DNA of 63,536 nucleotides, the filler included, from Ministeria vibrans ATCC 50519 (taxonomy: Eukaryota > Protista > Filasterea), in NCBI GenBank assembly GCA_943704425.1. It is 5 parts of 5 records of this genome, joined end to end, with 100 filler letters (N's around TTAATTAATTAA, not from the genome) between each part and the next. Parts side by side here need not be neighbours in the genome. Positions count along the whole stretch, not along the records: positions 29,226 to 58,881 come from CALSCP010001954.1; positions 58,982 to 60,733 come from CALSCP010000641.1; positions 60,834 to 62,392 come from CALSCP010002026.1; positions 62,493 to 63,536 come from CALSCP010000855.1; 1 more part is not named here. One strand, given 5' to 3'. The translations under genes were made by a program, and so were the position numbers. This document shows, one piece after another, positions 56,880 to 63,536 of this stretch. The notes under the pieces were generated by a model, which saw nothing but the letters and a program-made list of their open reading frames with translations, made no database searches and was not told the DNA's origin. The first letter of the stretch is position 1. The number at the start of each line of letters is the position of its first letter.

Positions 56880-58602
56880 ACAAGCAGCGCAGACGAAGTG
56901 ATTGCGCTGTCACCGTCAGTGCGTCGCTCTGTCGGTGCCCTTGTAAATGATGTGGACAAGATGAACACGGCCATTGCACATCACCGTTTGGTGCGCATGC
57001 GAGGGGCATTTGCGGCATGGTACAATTCAACCTCTTTCTCGCTCTATAATTGTGCTGTGATTGATTGTTGGTATGTGTAGGGCCCAACAACGACCCTCTC
57101 TCAGTGGCTCGACGACTACCGCTGCAACTTCAATTGCCACTGTCACTGGTGGTGATAAGAAGGACCAGTCGAAGCGACGAAGAACCTCTTCGAGAACACT
57201 CAAAGAAGATGCGAATGAGCCGGACGTAGACGAAGAGGAACAACTGGAAGAAATGGTGCCCAGGAAGCGTCCCAAACAGAACAATCAAAGTATTGAACTC
57301 ACAAAGTACTGCAATTCACTCAACTCCCCTCCCGTCTAGTCATCAACACAAGCCCCTTGAGCACGCCTTTTACCCGCCGTCCCACGCATTCTATGATGCG
57401 TGGCTACACGGGCCTTCGTAACCTCGGCAACACTTGCTTCATGAATGCAACCCTTCAGGCCCTCAGTCACACCCCTGCCTTCCAGTCCGACTTTCTCCGT
57501 CTCTACCCGCAAACCGCCGCTCCCACTCCCGCTCCTTCCGACCCTGTACGAGGCTCGCACACACTCACACTCATAATTACATTCAATTAACTCACTCTTC
57601 TTTTCTTCTTCTCTCTTTCAGATTGCTCGATTCAAGCGAAAGGTAATCAATCTCTTAAAACACAACCCTTTCTCCCTGACAGACCATGTTGTTTACTATA
57701 GAACACTGTTGAGTGTTTTTCACACATGACAACTGAAACGGAAGAAGAACGAATGGCCCGTTCGCGACGGAGTACACGCAAACCACAGTTAAAGGAAGAA
57801 CCCCCTCAAGAGAAAGGTACACAAACTCACGGCTCAAAAACATTTGAGCAAATGGTGACCTTTATTATTTATTATAGAGCCGATTTCACTGTGTGACGAA
57901 TGGTACGCACTGCTGAAAGTCATGTGGTCGGGTCAATGGGCATCTGTGACCCCGCACGCAATGCTTCGTGCCGTTTGGCATTCCATTCCCGCGTTTTGGG
58001 GGTAAGTGCACGTACAGTATATACATATTATAATTATAATAATTATTATTATTATTATAATAATAAATTATATATTATATATATATATGTGTGTGTGTAT
58101 GTGTATGTATGTGTGTGTTTGAGAGAGATGGATAGATAGATACTGAGAAGAGGGAGAAAGAATCAATGTGATAAAAGCTTCTTTACTAATATGGGGGGTC
58201 AATTAGGTACAATCAACAGGACGCACAGGAGTTTTTGTGTGAGTTCCTGGATAAACTACGCGACGGACTGACTGAGCGATCGTCTACGAGCCATGCACAC
58301 AACTTTGATGTTGTCTCGAGCACCTTTGAAGGGGAATTCAACTCGGAAGTGACGTGTGCGCATTGCAAACACACATCGCGGCAAACTGAGTCGTTCCTGC
58401 ACATCTCTCTGGAGTTCCCCAGTACCACTCCAATCTTCGCCACAAGCGAGTTCTCTCTTCGTCGTCGCGCTCACATCAACTACGCCGAGCTCCCTTCCTC
58501 CTCCTCCGTTCCCCTCAACGGTCCCTCTCCTCCAACTGTCTCTCTGTACAATCTCCTCGAGACCTTTACTGCACCCGAAGATCTCGGTGGTCCAGTCTAC
58601 AA
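55776..58602 (+). CDS. Ubiquitin-specific protease with N-terminal ZnF-UBP (USP44/49-like); truncated by gap
   Basis: [13 protein letters not shown]|[12 protein letters not shown]...HAVEH...FCYRCDQYV (ZnF-UBP); Cys box [20 protein letters not shown]; QQDAQEFL; FLHISLEFP. Confidence 0.85.
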
Positions 58603-58679
58603 GTAAGAAGGATATAGAGAAGAGAGTCATTGGGCCCACGTAACTCTCGTTCCCAATTTCTCTCTCTCTCTCTCTCCCT

Positions 58680-58881
58680 CTATCACTTTGTTTCTTTCTC
58701 CTCTCTCTCACTCTCTATCACTTTGTTTCTTTCTCCTCTCTCTCTCACTCTCTATCACTTTGTTTCTTTCTCCTCTCTCTCACTCTCTATCACTTTGTTT
58801 CTTTCTCCTCTCTCTCACTCTCTATCACTTTGTTTCTTTCTCCTCTCTCTCACTCTCTATCACTTTGTTTCTTTCTCCTCT
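58680..58881. repeat. Pyrimidine-rich minisatellite with core ctctatcactttgtttctttctc; related copies at ~3200, ~32630, ~36350-36430, ~60835-60950, ~62520-62580 and ~63040-63190
   Basis: Tandem ~35-bp units; the same core recurs in several introns and flanks. Confidence 0.85.
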
Positions 58882-59038
58882 NNNNNNNNNNNNNNNNNNN
58901 NNNNNNNNNNNNNNNNNNNNNNNNNTTAATTAATTAANNNNNNNNNNNNNNNNNNNNNNNNNNNNNNNNNNNNNNNNNNNNTTTTTTTTTTTTTTTTTTT
59001 TTTGTGACATCAACGTACCTTTGCGACGGACTGAGGGG

Positions 59039-60405
59039 AAGTGATCTTGACCGAGTCGTTGCCACCGTCTTCAAAGGTGACGTTTCCAATGTGGAGGATA
59101 CCAGCAAGAGTGTGAATGATGTCCTGCTGCTCGACACCGGAGAAACCGACGGTGTCCATGCAGCGCATGAGCTCCATCCACAGCTCCTGGTCGGTACGCT
59201 TGTCCGTCTTGGCGACGCCCCCATCGGGATCGAGCAAGTAGGTGAATGCAGACATGCCCGCGTTGAGGCCCATCTCGGCCTGGGCCGACGCGTCAAGGCC
59301 CGAGAACAGGTAGTAGAACACGTGGAAGTTCTTCTCGCCCGGTCCGTGCTTTACCACGCGCGATTTCTCCAGCAGGTACTAAACAAAGAAAGGAAGTGTA
59401 AAAAAAATCAGTATGACATTTTGCTTCTTGATGTCGATGTCTTTTTTTTATTGTTTTTATATCCCTTTTTGATTCAATCTCCCTTCTTTCTATTAGTGTA
59501 CCTGGGAGAGGGAGGCACCGACAATGTTGTTCATGTCGTCAAAGACGAGATCAATGAACTTTCCGAAGCGCGACGAGTTGTCGTTCATGATGGTTGTAGC
59601 GTTGCCAAAGCTCTCAAGAAGAGGGTTGATGTCGATAATCTTGCGTTCGAGGGCACCCTTTTGACCACGGCACAGGTCCAGAATGTGACGCACAACGTGC
59701 TTAGTGGACTCGGTCTTGCCGGCACCACTCTCGCCAGAAATGACGCAGCACTGGTTGTCCTTGGTACGGATCATGGACTGGTAAGCGTCGTCGGCAACCG
59801 CAAAGATATGCGGAATCTTGTTTTGCTCGGGGTTGTCCTTGTACTTGTCAGCAATATCCTATTACCATCATCATAATAATAACAACAACAATAACAATCA
59901 TAATAGAAAGAGATTGTTTTAGTCAAAACGAATCACATCGCAATAAACCGATCGTGTACCTTGCTGTAGAGCGGGAGGCCCTTGAAAGGATTGACAGCCA
60001 GCAGGATATCACCCATGTAAGTCTGCGCACATCGCGAGAGGCAAAATAAAGAGTGAGTTGAGCTGTCAAACAAAGACTGAACAAAACGAAAAGAAAAAAA
60101 AAAAAACATCTCTCTCGACTAGATTCCGTCGCGCCGGCGACGAAATACATCATACACATGCACCAAATGCGGGGACCGGGTGAAATACGCCCAGCAAGGG
60201 CGCATTAGGCCAAACTGGTGCGCCGATAAAATTATCCTTTTTTTTCTTTTTTTCTCTTTTCTTTTTCCGGTTTGTCCTTCTTGTGTATCTCCTCTAACAG
60301 ACGCATTGCACCGCACGGTCGCTTCCCACGTGCAAATCGGTGCTATCGGCGAGAAGCACGGCCCGGGAAAACGTACAAGGAGGGAGAGAGAAGAGGAAGA
60401 GAGGG

Positions 60406-60437
<32 letters not shown>

Positions 60438-60540
60438 ATACGTAAATTTGGTCAGCGCCATAGCGCTTGCCAAGGGCGTCGAGGAGAGTGTCCTCTGTGA
60501 GGACGGACAGCGTCGTCAAGTCATCGCTGATGTTGGACAT
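59039..60540 (-). CDS. Unconventional myosin, N-terminal motor-domain exons (partial; rest in gap)
   Basis: DDLTTLSVLTEDTLLDALGKRY, TYMGDILLAVNPF, PHIFAVADDAY, P-loop ISGESGAGKTES, NPLLESFGNATTIMNDNSSRFGKF, YLLEKSRVV...EKNFHVFYY. Confidence 0.92.
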
Positions 60541-61056
60541 GGCGAGTAAAAAAAGAGGAGTGACAAATGAACTTAGTTTGAGCGATGATTCAGTGTGTGT
60601 GTGTGTGATTTGTGTGTGTGAGTGTTGAGTCGCAGCGGTTTGGTCAGAAGGCGACGGGCACTTGTGTGTGAACGGGGGCACGTGTGACGTGTTGTACTCG
60701 CCTGGCGTGCCTGGCGGTGTGACAACAGCTGTGNNNNNNNNNNNNNNNNNNNNNNNNNNNNNNNNNNNNNNNNNNNNTTAATTAATTAANNNNNNNNNNN
60801 NNNNNNNNNNNNNNNNNNNNNNNNNNNNNNNNNGAAAGAAAGTGATAGAGAGAAAGGAGAAAGAAAGAAAGTGATAGAGAGAAAGGAGAAAGAAACAAAG
60901 TGATAGAGAGAAAGGAGAAAGAAACAAAGTGATATAGAGAGAGTGATAGAGTGTGTGTGTGTGTGTCAAATTGTTCACAGTCACGCTTCACTCGGTCATT
61001 TCACTGTTTTCCGTCTCTCACCTACCACTTTTGCAACTCTCTTTTGTGTCATATAG

Positions 61057-61385
61057 CGCCCAAGGCAACGTACCTTCCACCCGAGAAGCGTCGCACAACA
61101 CGTCGCGACCAGGCGCCGCATGCGGTTGACCAAGCTCCCGTCAAGCGCCGTCAGTCTGGATTCGCACCTGCGCACCGTCGCGCGTCGCGCCGCACTTCGT
61201 GGGGTCCCAACAAGGCCGAGTGCATTGAGGATTACGAGGCAACGCGCGAAGGGGAACTGTCGCTCAAGAAGGGCGACATCATCATTGTCAAGGAGAAGAA
61301 CCTCGATGGGTGGTGGCATGGTACATGCAATGACGTTGAGGGCGACTTCCCTGCGACGTGTGTCCGCACCACTCCGACCAAGTAG
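61057..61385 (+). CDS. Terminal exon of an SH3-domain protein (partial)
   Basis: AECIEDYEATREGELSLKKGDIIIVKEKNLDGWWHGTCNDVEGDFPATCV is a canonical SH3; an AG acceptor lies upstream. Confidence 0.85.
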
Positions 61386-61670
61386 TTCCTCGTGTCTTAT
61401 TTGTTTTTCCTTGAGTGCGTTTCGTTTCTCTTTTTGTGCGTGTATGTGTGTGTGTGTGTGTGTGGCTGAATGAAAAACATTATTATCACGAATGTTCCCC
61501 ACCAAGTGCTTATTTGATCGTTTTTTGTCAGGGTTTCGTTTCTCTGAATGAAAAACTAATAGATAACAAAAACATATAACATATGTTCACACACTCTTTC
61601 CCTCGCACAATTACGCGCACTCAAATATGTAACAGACACCGCTGTGTATGTCTGGCATTCGTCTACTGTA

Positions 61671-62304
61671 TTACTGGGCAACAGGGACTCCCAGACGCGA
61701 CAAACGGGCCTTTTTGCGTGCCTCATCCTCCTCGGTCGCTCCACTACCATCGCCCTCGGTGGCTGCACCGGGCGCCGATGAGGACGAGAATCGTTCTGCG
61801 CGCTTACGTTTCTTGTCTGCCTCTTCGAGCTTCTCTAACTTGGGATTGTTGTAGCCAAAGCGGGCGGCACGCGCCTTCATCTTCTCCAGCTCTTCCGGAC
61901 TCATCGGTGATGCCTTGATCTTGGGTGACTTGGCCGGTGACTTGGCTGGCAACGCTCCCGCTCCTGCTGTCTCCTTGCCCTTCTTCTTGCCATTACTGTT
62001 GTCGTTGCTCTCCTTCTTGGCGTTCAGGTTGAACCGTTCGGCGCGCAGCTTCAGCTGATCCGTGAGAGGGACGGGGATACCGAATCTCTGTGCCCGCTGT
62101 CGTCGTTTCTCCTCCTGCGAGAGGCCAGTGGCGGCCCCCGATGCACTTGCTGCTGCTTCTGCTGCTGCTGCTCCCGCGTCCGTCGCTGAGTTCGCCGTTG
62201 CCTGCGCTTCTGCCGCTGCCGCCGCCTCTGCCGCGTCCTTGGCAGCTTTCTCAGCAGCCTGTGCAGCCGCCAACTCCTCCGCGGGAGGTTCAAGAGCCGC
62301 CTCT
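61671..62304 (-). CDS. SARNP: SARNP/CIP29/Tho1/MOS11-like mRNA export factor, terminal exon (partial)
   Basis: Repeated motifs EEKRRQRAQRFG, LKLRAERF, EKMKARAARFG and KKRKRAERF. Confidence 0.7.
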
Positions 62305-62347
62305 GTAGCGACAATTCGAATGGTTCAAAAACGGTTGACAGACGTTT

Positions 62348-62392
<45 letters not shown>

Positions 62393-62572
62393 NNNNNNNN
62401 NNNNNNNNNNNNNNNNNNNNNNNNNNNNNNNNNNNNTTAATTAATTAANNNNNNNNNNNNNNNNNNNNNNNNNNNNNNNNNNNNNNNNNNNNGCACGCCA
62501 CACACGGTCAACCGCCTCCTCTCTCTTTCTATCACTCTCTCTCTATCACTTTGTTTCTCTCTCTTTATCACT

Positions 62573-62662
<90 letters not shown>

Positions 62663-62694
62663 ACTCAAACACACTCACGCGCGCTCATGCGTAG

Positions 62695-63109
62695 ACTTGG
62701 ACGCGTCGCACAACAACCTCTCGGCAGTGCCGCTCAGCCGCAGTCTGCAGCGTCTCTCTCGTCTCAACTTATCAAACAACAATATTGAGTCGGTTGATCT
62801 TCTCAATGCCCAAAACTTTCCGTCGCTCGAAACGCTCGTGATCAGCGGGAACAGTCGTCTGCCTCCATACCACCTGTACCAGTAAGGACGCACGCATGTA
62901 TCGATGCAGCTGCGGCTGACGCTGCGCGTGTTGTCTTCCTTGCAGACTGGTAGACCAACTGCCCGCTCTGCGCACCCTCGACGGCAAGAACATGGAAACA
63001 CGCAAGCAGGCACGCCACACACGGTCAACCGCCTCCTCTCTCTTTCTATCACTCTATCTCTATCACTTTGTTTCTCTCTCTTTATCACTTTGTTTCTCTC
63101 TCTCTATCA

Positions 63110-63185
<76 letters not shown>

Positions 63186-63378
63186 CTTTGTTTATCTTCA
63201 TTTTCTTTTCTTTTCTCTTCTCTTCTCAAACTCGTATTTTTATTGCGATTTTTGTGCATGATAGGGTGTGAAAAACGAGCGAAATACAACGAGGGAGAAG
63301 GTGGAGCAAACGTGGAAAGCCATGACGGCCAAGGGACCGCCACCCACCCTGGAAGCATTCCAGGCCGCATGTCGCAAG
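62695..63378 (+). CDS. Leucine-rich-repeat protein, internal exons (partial)
   Basis: LDASHNNLSAVP, LQRLSRLNLSNNNIESV, FPSLETLVISGNSRL; GT-AG boundaries. Confidence 0.65.
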
Positions 63379-63428
63379 GTAGTCCGTGTTCAAAGAAACA
63401 GTGTGTGTTTGTGTGTGTGTGCGTGTGT

Positions 63429-63536
<108 letters not shown>

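Overview
Intron-rich, microsatellite-rich eukaryotic DNA from a flagellated unicellular relative of animals (a holozoan, probably a choanoflagellate or filasterean). This assignment is inferred from DNAAF3, RAP1GDS1, NELF-A, fukutin and an unconventional myosin occurring together with a hybrid histidine kinase. The window joins several contigs with N-runs, four of them carrying an artificial TTAATTAATTAA linker. About 16 genes or gene fragments are present: two ankyrin-repeat proteins, RAP1GDS1, a CHASE-PAS hybrid histidine kinase, a disrupted secreted glycoside-hydrolase-like gene, a Spinster-type MFS transporter, NELF-A, DNAAF3, a Crinkler-like coiled-coil/REase/kinase gene, a GH31+PAN protein, fukutin, a DEAD-box helicase, a giant cell-surface receptor, NPRL2, a ZnF-UBP USP, and myosin, SH3, SARNP and LRR fragments. 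The standout is a ~4,385-aa type I membrane protein (38367-52479, minus). Its C-terminal ~450 aa follow animal dystroglycan motif by motif: CADG domain, SEA-like G|S autoproteolysis site, TM helix and PPxY tail. These sit under a huge receptor-L-domain/beta-helix ectodomain with a mucin-like tip. The gene lies about 4 kb from an intronless fukutin homologue on the same ungapped contig. All identities come from motif recognition by eye; exon boundaries are approximate unless stated.
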